Below, piece after piece: positions 18,303-26,058 of a stretch of DNA of 32,000 nt (positions are counted from its first letter, which is position 1; each line of letters starts with the position of its first letter). The translations under genes were made by a program, and so were the position numbers. The notes beneath the pieces were generated by a model. It worked only from the letters and a program-made list of their open reading frames with translations, was not told the origin of the DNA and ran no database searches. Origin of the DNA: Synechocystis sp. PCC 6803 substr. PCC-P. Its GTDB lineage: Bacteria; Cyanobacteriota; Cyanobacteriia; Cyanobacteriales; Microcystaceae. Location: the NCBI RefSeq assembly GCF_000284455.1, contig NC_017039.1, positions 3,150,001 to 3,182,000 of the forward strand. Reading direction: 5' to 3'.

Positions 18303-19145
18303 ATGACCACTACCATTTCCCAAAGGAAAAATCGGGCGGCGGGGGCCAATCCCCTACAAAAGTTTTGGCGTAAGCGTCGGGGTGACATTTTGCCCCCTAT
18401 ATTCGGAATCTTAGGCTTTTTATTGTTGTGGCAGTTAATTTCCAGCGCAGGTCTGATTAAACTTCCCCCCCCCAGCAGTTTGTGGACCGATCCCCGTACC
18501 CGCACCCTGTTGATGTATCCCTTTTACGACCAGGGCGGTTTGGATAAGGGGTTATTTTGGCAAACCCTCGCTAGTTTAGGGCGGGTTGCTCAAGGTTATT
18601 CCCTCGCCGCCATTGTTGGCATTAGCACGGGGATTTTGGTAGGTACTCAACCCTTGCTAGATAAGGCTCTTGATCCAATTTTTCAATTTCTACGGATGGT
18701 CGCTCCCTTGGCATGGGTTCCCATTGCTTTGGTGGCTCTCCAGCAAAATCAACCAGCGGCAATTTTCGTTATTTTCATTACCTCGGTGTGGCCGATTTTA
18801 ATTAATACAACGGAAGGGGTAAAACAGATTCCGCAGGATTATATTAATGTGCGTAAAGTGTTACGCTTGTCTCCCCAAAAGTTCTTCTTTAAAATTCTTA
18901 TTCCCTCAGCACTACCCTATATTTTTACCGGCTTACGAATTGCCATTGGTTTAGCTTGGTTGGCAATTATTGCAGCAGAAATTGTCATGTCAGGTATTGT
19001 CGGCATCGGCTTTTTTATCTGGGATGCCTATCAACAGAATTACATCAGCGAAATTATCTTGGCAGTGTTTTACATCGGTGCGGTGGGTTTACTCCTAGAC
19101 CGAGGCATTGCCTATCTCCAAAAGTTAATTGCCCCAGGACAATAA
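18303..19145 (+). CDS. cmpB: BCT1 ABC transporter permease
   Basis: 280 aa with multiple TM segments, NrtB/CmpB-like. AAGGAG lies 8 nt upstream of the ATG. Confidence 0.88.
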   Translation: MTTTISQRKNRAAGANPLQKFWRKRRGDILPPIFGILGFLLLWQLISSAGLIKLPPPSSLWTDPRTRTLLMYPFYDQGGLDKGLFWQTLASLGRVAQGYSLAAIVGISTGILVGTQPLLDKALDPIFQFLRMVAPLAWVPIALVALQQNQPAAIFVIFITSVWPILINTTEGVKQIPQDYINVRKVLRLSPQKFFFKILIPSALPYIFTGLRIAIGLAWLAIIAAEIVMSGIVGIGFFIWDAYQQNYISEIILAVFYIGAVGLLLDRGIAYLQKLIAPGQ

Positions 19146-19185
19146 CAAACTCACCGACCTCAGGAGGTTAACAATTTGCCTTGGA

Positions 19186-19213
19186 GAAAAAAGGAGACCA
19201 CGGACTTTTTTTC
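19186..19213 (+). other. A/U-rich hairpin in the cmpB-porin spacer (GAAAAAAGG-loop-CTTTTTTTC)
   Basis: About 9 bp including one G-U pair, with a 10-nt loop, read by hand. Its function is unknown. Confidence 0.3.
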
Positions 19214-19255
19214 ACCGCTAACCATAAACGATCAAAATTAGAGGAATTCATCGCA

Positions 19256-20986
19256 ATGAAACAATATCGATTCACTTGGCTCGCAGGATTTGCTACCGTT
19301 ACTAGCCTAACCACATTCCCTGGTTCCGCTGGGGCTCAGATGCTGTATGAGGATGTCGATCCCATGGTAATTACTCCGGTGCAGGAACTGACTACCTTGC
19401 TGGACCAGCCCATGGGCCAAGTGACATCGGTTTCGGAGTTGCGGGATGTGCAACCAACGGATTGGGCCTATGAAGCCTTAAAAAGTTTAGTAGAGCGTTA
19501 CGGTTGCATTGTGGGTTACCCCGATCGCACTTTCCGCGGCGATCGTGCCCTCAGTCGTTGGGAATTTGCCGCTGGTCTCAATGCCTGTATGAACGTGATG
19601 GAGCGGTTAATACAGGAAAATGTGGCCGTCATTCGGGCCGATATTGACAAGCTCCAACGGCTGGCAAGGGAATTTGAAGCAGAACTGGCTGCTTTGGGGG
19701 CCAGGGTTGATAACCTGGAAACCCGTACAGCCTACCTGGAAGACAATCAATTTTCCACCACCACCAAACTGAATGGGGAAGTGATTTTTTCCATTAGTGG
19801 TGCCACCGGGGGAGAACCGGATTCGGATAATGCCCAGATAGTTTTTAACGATCGGGTGCGCTTAAACCTCACCACTAGCTTTACCGGTAAAGATGCCTTA
19901 ATTACGGGTTTGCAGGCCTATAACTTTACTGCTGGAAAACCCATTACCGGCACGGGAAGTGTGGCGGAAACTCTTTTTCCCAACGATGCCTCAATTTTGG
20001 GTGAAGGCATGACCAGTTTTAACTATGAACCCCAGTTTGCTGGTTTTAATCCCCAAAATCTCCAACCCAGTTGTGGCAATAACAGCGTATGTCTGTATAA
20101 ATTGCTCTATGTCACACCGGTAGCAGATAATTTCACCGTTTTTGTTGGACCGAAAGCGGAAGTCACCGATGCTTTTCCCACCATTGTCCCCTTTGCCAGT
20201 GAAGGTCAGGGCACTCTTTCCCGGGCTTTTGCCATTAACCCGGTACTACGGGTCTCGGGGGGAACAACGGAAACGGGTTTAGCCTCGGCTGCCGGCTTCA
20301 TTTACAAGCCTAACGATGTGGTCGATTGGCGCGCCCTTTACGGCTCTGTCAACGCTGCTATTCCCCAAAATGAAGGCTTTCCCGGCACTCCCCTCGGAGC
20401 GGGCTTATTCAACGGCAGTTTTGTGGCGGCAACCCAATTAACCCTCTATCCCACCGAAAATCTCGATCTTGGTTTCAACTATGCCTATAGCTACCACCAG
20501 CTCAATATTTTAGGTACGGGACTAACCGGGGCAGCGGCGGGAACCCTAGGCGGCCTACCGTTGACAACCCCAGTTAACGTTAATTCGGTGGGGGCGACCT
20601 TAACTTGGCGTATTAATTCCAGCATTTACTTCACCGGCTATGGTGCTTACTTCATGGTGGATCAGGCCAATGGCGGTTCGGCTTTTACCGATCTTGCTAG
20701 TTGGATGGCTGGGCTTTATTTCCCGGATGCCTTTGTGGAAGGTAATACGGCCGGTTTGATGTTTGGTCAACCCCTCACTAGGGTTGGGGCCGGTAATGGG
20801 GCAACTTTAACACCCGCCAATATCAGCAACCGTGCCACGCCCTACCAAATCGAAGCGTTTTATAACTACAAGATCAACAACAATCTCAGCATTACTCCCG
20901 GTGCGTTTGTAATTTTTAATCCGGAAGGCGACTCTAACAATAGTACAACAGGGGTCTTTGCCCTACGGACGACGTTCACATTTTAG
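19256..20986 (+). CDS. Outer-membrane porin with N-terminal SLH domain and OprB-like beta-barrel
   Basis: Start taken at ATG 19256 (MKQYRFTWLAGFATVTSLTTFPGSAGA signal peptide; GAGGA about 10 nt upstream). SLH motif (DWAYEALKSLVERYGCIVGYPDRTFRGDRALSRWEFAAGL), then a coiled-coil, then a Gly/aromatic-rich barrel ending in TFTF. Confidence 0.85.
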   Translation: MKQYRFTWLAGFATVTSLTTFPGSAGAQMLYEDVDPMVITPVQELTTLLDQPMGQVTSVSELRDVQPTDWAYEALKSLVERYGCIVGYPDRTFRGDRALSRWEFAAGLNACMNVMERLIQENVAVIRADIDKLQRLAREFEAELAALGARVDNLETRTAYLEDNQFSTTTKLNGEVIFSISGATGGEPDSDNAQIVFNDRVRLNLTTSFTGKDALITGLQAYNFTAGKPITGTGSVAETLFPNDASILGEGMTSFNYEPQFAGFNPQNLQPSCGNNSVCLYKLLYVTPVADNFTVFVGPKAEVTDAFPTIVPFASEGQGTLSRAFAINPVLRVSGGTTETGLASAAGFIYKPNDVVDWRALYGSVNAAIPQNEGFPGTPLGAGLFNGSFVAATQLTLYPTENLDLGFNYAYSYHQLNILGTGLTGAAAGTLGGLPLTTPVNVNSVGATLTWRINSSIYFTGYGAYFMVDQANGGSAFTDLASWMAGLYFPDAFVEGNTAGLMFGQPLTRVGAGNGATLTPANISNRATPYQIEAFYNYKINNNLSITPGAFVIFNPEGDSNNSTTGVFALRTTFTF

Positions 20987-21009
20987 AGCCTGTTTAAAAG
21001 CCCCCCTGC

Positions 21010-21027
21010 CCCCCCAAATTTGGGGGG
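21010..21027 (+). terminator. Perfect 18-nt GC-clamped palindrome CCCCCCAAATTTGGGGGG downstream of the porin gene; candidate intra-operon stem-loop
   Basis: Read directly, 24 nt after the porin stop and 136 nt before cmpC. No U-tract follows on the + strand, so it may be an attenuator or stabiliser rather than a classical terminator. Confidence 0.45.
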
Positions 21028-21162
21028 AAACCGAGTGAAAGTTCCCCAGTATTTCTGGAGCTTTAGCAGGTCGATTTAGAGGGCGGAATAAAACTTTCCA
21101 AACACATTCTTAGGCATTATTGGCCTAGTATCTTATCCATTTAATCAATCTTCTGACCCACC

Positions 21163-23166
21163 ATGAGTCTTTTTGTTGCTGTTGATAATATCGATAAGGT
21201 TTTTTCCCTCACCGATGGAGGTGAATACATCGCCCTCAAGGGGATTAACTTGGAAATTAAAAAGGGGGAATTTGTTTCCCTGATTGGCCACTCCGGCTGT
21301 GGTAAGTCAACTTTGCTAAATATGATTGCGGGGTTAGATTTACCAAGTGAAGGCATTGTTACCCTGGAAGGTCAGCGGATCAAGCAGCCCGGCCCGGACA
21401 AAATGGTGATTTTCCAAAATTACTCCCTACTGCCTTGGTTAACGGTGAAGCAAAATATTGCCCTCGCTGTGGATGAGGTGATGAAGGGGGCATCGGCGGC
21501 GGAACGCAAGGCCATTGTTGAAGAACACATTAATTTAGTGGGCCTAGGCCATGCAGTGGATAAGCGGCCCGGTGAATTATCCGGGGGAATGAAACAACGG
21601 GTGGCGATCGCCAGGGCGTTGGCCATTCGACCAAAATTATTGTTACTGGATGAACCCTTTGGCGCGTTGGATGCTTTGACCAGGGGCAATTTACAAGAGC
21701 AATTAATGCGCATTTGTGAACAGTATCAAGTCACAGCGGTGATGGTTACCCACGACGTGGATGAAGCGGTTTTATTATCAGATCGGATTGTGATGCTAAC
21801 CAATGGCCCCGGTTCCAACATTGGCGGTATTTTGGAAGTGGATATTCCCCGCCCCCGTAAACGCATGGAAGTGGTAGAACACCCTAGTTACTACAGCCTC
21901 CGCAGCGAGATTATTTACTTCCTCAACCAACAAAAACGGATCAAAAAATTACGGGCGAAAAAAACCACGGCGATCGCCAGACATGGCCTAGAAAAAGTCA
22001 ATCTGGAATTGGGCTATGTGCCCCTGGTGGCCTGTGCGCCCCTGGTGGTGGCCCAGGAAAAAGGCTTTTTTGCCAAGCATGGCTTAGATGAAGTGAGCTT
22101 GGTGCGGGAAACCAGTTGGCGGGGCATTGTGGACGGCATCGCTGGGGGTTACCTAGATGGGGCTCAAATGCCAGCGGGGATGCCCACTTGGCTAACCGCA
22201 GGGGGTTATCGGGAACAATCCATTCCCGTGGTCAGCGCTTTGACCATGACCCGCAACGGCAACGCCATTACCCTCAGTAAAAAACTCTACGACCAAGGCA
22301 TTTACACCGCCGAGGATTTTCGCCAGCTTCTATTGGCCTCGGACGGCGATCGCCACACCCTGGGCATGGTCCACCCTTCCTCCATGCATAACCTCCTGTT
22401 GCGCTATTGGCTGGCGGCCCACAACATCAACCCAGACCGGGATGTGCATCTGAAAACCATTCCCCCGGCCCAGATGGTAGCCGATCTGAAGGCAGGCACC
22501 ATTGACGGCTATTGTGTCAGCGAACCCTGGAATTTACGGGCTTCCATGGAAGGGGCTGGGTTTAGCATTGCCACCGATTTGGAAATTTGGCAAAATCACC
22601 CCGGTAAAGTTTTAGGAGTGCGGGAAGATTGGGCGATCGCCCATCCCAATACTCATGTGGCCTTGGTGAAAGCTCTGTTGGAAGCCTGTGCCTACTGCGC
22701 TGACCCCAACCACGAAATGGAAATTCGGGAACTGTTGGCCACCCGTCAATACCTCAGCACCAACATTGACTATATTCACCTGGGTGATCCCGAAGGCCGC
22801 ACCTGCCGCCTAGGCAATCCCGTGGAATATTCCCACCATCTTTTCTTTGGCGATCAATTTAACCGTCCCAGTCGTACCGAACATCTTTGGATGATGACCC
22901 AAATGGCCCGCTGGGGAGATATTCCCTTTCCCCGCAACTGGGTGGAAATTTTAGAGCGGGTTTGTCGAGTCGGGGTATTTAGTACCGCCGCCCGGGAATT
23001 GGGCTACGACGTGAACTATCAGCGGCAACCGATCGCCCTTTTTGACGGGAAAGTATTTAACGCCGATGACCCCATTGCCTACCTGAATCAAACTGTCATT
23101 CATCGCAATTTCACCATTGCTGAAGTACATCTTGATAACCCCACCCCAGCCCCAGTTTTTGCCTAA
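21163..23166 (+). CDS. cmpC: BCT1 ATPase subunit with fused C-terminal CmpA/NrtA-like solute-binding domain
   Basis: 667 aa with Walker A (GHSGCGKST), signature (LSGGMKQR) and Walker B (LLLLDEP). From about residue 278 the sequence parallels CmpA ([27 protein letters not shown] versus [26 protein letters not shown]). Confidence 0.88.
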   Translation: MSLFVAVDNIDKVFSLTDGGEYIALKGINLEIKKGEFVSLIGHSGCGKSTLLNMIAGLDLPSEGIVTLEGQRIKQPGPDKMVIFQNYSLLPWLTVKQNIALAVDEVMKGASAAERKAIVEEHINLVGLGHAVDKRPGELSGGMKQRVAIARALAIRPKLLLLDEPFGALDALTRGNLQEQLMRICEQYQVTAVMVTHDVDEAVLLSDRIVMLTNGPGSNIGGILEVDIPRPRKRMEVVEHPSYYSLRSEIIYFLNQQKRIKKLRAKKTTAIARHGLEKVNLELGYVPLVACAPLVVAQEKGFFAKHGLDEVSLVRETSWRGIVDGIAGGYLDGAQMPAGMPTWLTAGGYREQSIPVVSALTMTRNGNAITLSKKLYDQGIYTAEDFRQLLLASDGDRHTLGMVHPSSMHNLLLRYWLAAHNINPDRDVHLKTIPPAQMVADLKAGTIDGYCVSEPWNLRASMEGAGFSIATDLEIWQNHPGKVLGVREDWAIAHPNTHVALVKALLEACAYCADPNHEMEIRELLATRQYLSTNIDYIHLGDPEGRTCRLGNPVEYSHHLFFGDQFNRPSRTEHLWMMTQMARWGDIPFPRNWVEILERVCRVGVFSTAARELGYDVNYQRQPIALFDGKVFNADDPIAYLNQTVIHRNFTIAEVHLDNPTPAPVFA

Positions 23167-23238
23167 ATTCCCTTACCTAACAGGGTTTTGGAACCAAACC
23201 GATAAAACTCAAACCGAAACTATTTCCCGCTCACCGAT

Positions 23239-24087
23239 ATGCAAACCTTAAAATCCCAGCGCGCCATGCCTACTGCAACTCCATCGGATCAAAAAACCAC
23301 TGCCTTTTTAACCATCGAAAACGTTTCCAAGGTGTACCCCACCGCCAAGGGTCCTTACACGGTGTTGGAAAATGTCAACCTCACCGTTAACGAAGGGGAA
23401 TTTATTTGCGTCATTGGCCACTCCGGTTGTGGTAAATCAACTCTGCTCAATATGGTGTCCGGTTTTGCCAGTCCCACAGACGGCTCTGTGCAGGTGGGAG
23501 GAAAAATCATCACTGAGCCTGGCCCCGATCGCATGGTGGTATTCCAAAACTATGCCCTACTGCCTTGGTTAACTGCCCTGGAAAATGTGTACATTGCCGT
23601 AGATGCTGTCCATTCCCAAAAAACAGAAGCGGAAAAACGGGCGATCGCCAAAGACCATTTAGCCATGGTGGGCCTAACCGATTCCATGGATAAAAAACCG
23701 GGGCAAATTTCTGGCGGCATGAAGCAAAGGGTCTCCATTGCCCGGGCCCTGGCCATTCGTCCAGAAGTGCTAATCCTTGATGAACCATTTGGAGCCTTGG
23801 ATGCTATCACCAAGGAGGAATTACAGGAAGAGTTACTACAAATCTGGAATGACCACCGCTGCACCGTGTTGATGATCACCCACGACATTGATGAAGCCCT
23901 CTTCCTGGCCGATCGCCTTGTGATGATGACCAATGGCCCCCACGCCAACATTGGCGAAATTATGACCATACCCTTTTCTCGCCCCCGGGACCGGGACAGG
24001 ATTATGGAAGACCCCACCTATTACCAGCTACGTAACTACGCCCTCGACTTCCTCTATAACCGCTTTGCCCATGACGACGTGGCTTAG
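23239..24087 (+). CDS. cmpD: BCT1 ATPase subunit
   Basis: 282 aa with Walker A (GHSGCGKST), signature (ISGGMKQR) and Walker B (ILILDEP). It is paralogous to the N-terminal half of cmpC. Confidence 0.88.
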   Translation: MQTLKSQRAMPTATPSDQKTTAFLTIENVSKVYPTAKGPYTVLENVNLTVNEGEFICVIGHSGCGKSTLLNMVSGFASPTDGSVQVGGKIITEPGPDRMVVFQNYALLPWLTALENVYIAVDAVHSQKTEAEKRAIAKDHLAMVGLTDSMDKKPGQISGGMKQRVSIARALAIRPEVLILDEPFGALDAITKEELQEELLQIWNDHRCTVLMITHDIDEALFLADRLVMMTNGPHANIGEIMTIPFSRPRDRDRIMEDPTYYQLRNYALDFLYNRFAHDDVA

Positions 24088-24175
24088 AAAGTTATAGCCA
24101 AGATACTACTCCCAAATTGTTTAGGCTAATTCCCTGCTTTTTGGGAGAAATTGATTCCAACAGTGCGCTAGGAGT

Positions 24176-24217
24176 AGTTCTTGAGACGAATAGTTGCTCG
24201 TACTACATCCAAGAACT
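24176..24217. terminator. Stem-loop AGTTCTTG-(inner ACGA/TCGT helix)-CAAGAACT in the cmpD/ndhD4 convergent gap
   Basis: 8-bp outer arms at 24176-24183 and 24210-24217, inner 4-bp helix at 24186-24189 and 24198-24201. A second 8-bp inverted repeat (CTCCCAAA / TTTGGGAG) lies at 24109-24116 and 24140-24147. Confidence 0.35.
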
Positions 24218-24370
24218 TTCCGGGGGAACATGGGGAACATATAGTTCATTTAAGGGTATGCTAATCGGCGTAACACACTTTTGCGGATGATATACGGAAA
24301 AGCTCTGGCGATCAGGGAATTATTGCTCTTCTATCATTGTGGGTTAAACTCACTTCGGTTTGCTGGAGCC

Positions 24371-25894
24371 CTACACTTCCCCCAATTCCTTGACTTCAAT
24401 TTCGATGCGGGGCGGGGCTGGCACACTGACTAAATCTGGGTGCCCTGTCAACAAAACCGCCGTTTGGGGCTCACTCCACTGGGTTAACCAATGGGGTTGA
24501 ATGCCCAAAGCAATGATGACCACCGCCAAGGCGATCGCCGGAATTTGTTCCTGCCAACGCACCTTAGGTAAATGGGACAGTTCCATGGTGAGACGGCCAA
24601 AGAAAACCCGATTAATCATTAACAGGAAATAAACTGCCGTTAAACCGCTACCAATTAAGCACAGGAGGGTTTGGGTAGGGAAAATCGGAAAACTGCCCCG
24701 GAATACCAAAAATTCAGCAATAAAGCCCACCATGCCTGGAATGCCAGCGCTGGCCATGACACCGAGAATCATCAAACTGCCGGTGATGGGTAAACCCCGT
24801 TCGGGAGTTAACAGTCCTTGCAATTTATCCACGTCCCGACTGCCGGTTTTTTTATACACTACCCCCACCAACAGAAACAGCAGGGCAGAAATGATGCCAT
24901 GGCTCACCATCTGAGCCGAAGCGGCGGTCACACTCAAGCGGGTAGCGGCGGCAGCAGCCAAGAGAATATAACCCATGTGGGCAATGGAAGAATAGGCCAC
25001 CACTTTTTTCATATCCTTTTGAGCGATCGCACAGGAAGCACCATAAAGGGCGCTAATAGCCGCTAGGGTTGCTAAATAGGGGGCAAATTCCACCCAGGCC
25101 TCCAGGTAAAGCCCCAATCCAAAACGCAGTAAGCCATAGGTGCCTAGTTTAAGTAAAACCCCTGCCAACAAGACAGAAACGGGAGTGGAAGCTTCCACGT
25201 GGGCATCCGGTAGCCAGGTGTGGAAGGGGAAAATGGGAATTTTAATGCCCAAACCGAGCAGTAGGGGCAACAAGAGCAACATTTGGGTTTTTACTGGAAG
25301 GGCATCGGCCAAGCTGGGATTGTAGTCAAAGTTGGGCGCCTTGGTCAACCAGAACCAACCCAAGAAAGACACTAGTACCAGAAAACCGGACAGGGCAGTG
25401 TAAAGCAAAAACTTCATAGCTGCATAACCCCGCCGTTGTCCTCCCCAAATGGCAATGAGAAAATAAAGAGGAATAATTTCCAGCTCAAAAAAGAGGAAAA
25501 ATAAGAGCAAATCTTGGGCTAAAAATGCCCCTGCTACCCCACCACTGAGAAGCAACAATAAGGCATAGTAAAATCTCGGTCTTTCTATCTCGGTATTGGT
25601 ACTAAAAATGGCAATTACCACCAAAGCACTGTTCAGCAACAATAAGGGCAGAGATAGCCCATCAACCCCTAGGTGATAATTCAAACCCAAACTTGGCAAC
25701 CAGGGATAATATTCCACAAACTGCATCTGGGGATCACTGATGTTAAATTGCCCAGCTAATAAAACGCTCAGCCCAGCCATGGCCACCATAATGCCTAAGG
25801 CAATTTTGCGGGAGTAACAATCATGGTCAGGGTTCGGAATAATAGCAATGAGAATAGCTCCAAAAATGGGGCCCCAGATGAGAGCACTGAGCAT
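24371..25894 (-). CDS. ndhD4: NDH-1 subunit D4 (NuoM/ND4 family), CO2-uptake NDH-1MS' complex
   Basis: 507 aa, polytopic, NuoM-like. It lies immediately downstream of an NdhF-type gene. The D4/F4 assignment rests on remembered adjacency of sll0026/sll0027 to the cmp operon. Confidence 0.8.
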   Translation of the reverse strand: MLSALIWGPIFGAILIAIIPNPDHDCYSRKIALGIMVAMAGLSVLLAGQFNISDPQMQFVEYYPWLPSLGLNYHLGVDGLSLPLLLLNSALVVIAIFSTNTEIERPRFYYALLLLLSGGVAGAFLAQDLLLFFLFFELEIIPLYFLIAIWGGQRRGYAAMKFLLYTALSGFLVLVSFLGWFWLTKAPNFDYNPSLADALPVKTQMLLLLPLLLGLGIKIPIFPFHTWLPDAHVEASTPVSVLLAGVLLKLGTYGLLRFGLGLYLEAWVEFAPYLATLAAISALYGASCAIAQKDMKKVVAYSSIAHMGYILLAAAAATRLSVTAASAQMVSHGIISALLFLLVGVVYKKTGSRDVDKLQGLLTPERGLPITGSLMILGVMASAGIPGMVGFIAEFLVFRGSFPIFPTQTLLCLIGSGLTAVYFLLMINRVFFGRLTMELSHLPKVRWQEQIPAIALAVVIIALGIQPHWLTQWSEPQTAVLLTGHPDLVSVPAPPRIEIEVKELGEV

Positions 25895-26058
25895 GGGAAT
25901 TAAGACTTATGTAAAGTTAGTTAAATTTAAGTTGGCTTGGTAAAAATTTAATTAGATACTATCAAGCTAAAAAAATTTGATAAAAATTAGGTTAACATCA
26001 AGCAAATCAGAAAAAGTTAGTTTTAAATCAAGATTAATTAGTTTTGATCTTCCCTCAA
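25895..26058 (-). other. Very AT-rich (about 24% G+C by hand count) 164-nt spacer between ndhF4 and ndhD4, with direct repeats
   Basis: AAAGTTAGTT occurs at 25913-25922 and 26013-26022. TAAAAATT occurs at 25941-25948 and 25981-25988. Confidence 0.6.

Noticed and set aside
19181-19255. TTG-initiated 25-codon N-terminal extension of the porin ORF
   Set aside because: The ATG at 19256 is preceded by GAGGA and begins a typical signal peptide. The extension would bury that signal peptide.
23550-24017. 155-aa minus-strand ORF antisense to cmpD. Similar cases: 5067-5465 antisense to ilvE, 17068-17475 antisense to cmpA, 21420-21713 antisense to cmpC.
   Set aside because: These are shadow ORFs inside CDSs with clear family motifs. 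The antisense translations have no motifs.
16882-24087. Alternative reading of the ABC operon as the nitrate transporter nrtABCD
   Set aside because: The families are paralogous and cannot be separated by motifs alone. Three things fit my memory of the cmp locus (slr0040-slr0044, sll0030) rather than nrt: the divergent LysR regulator, the embedded porin, and the absence of nirA/narB neighbours.
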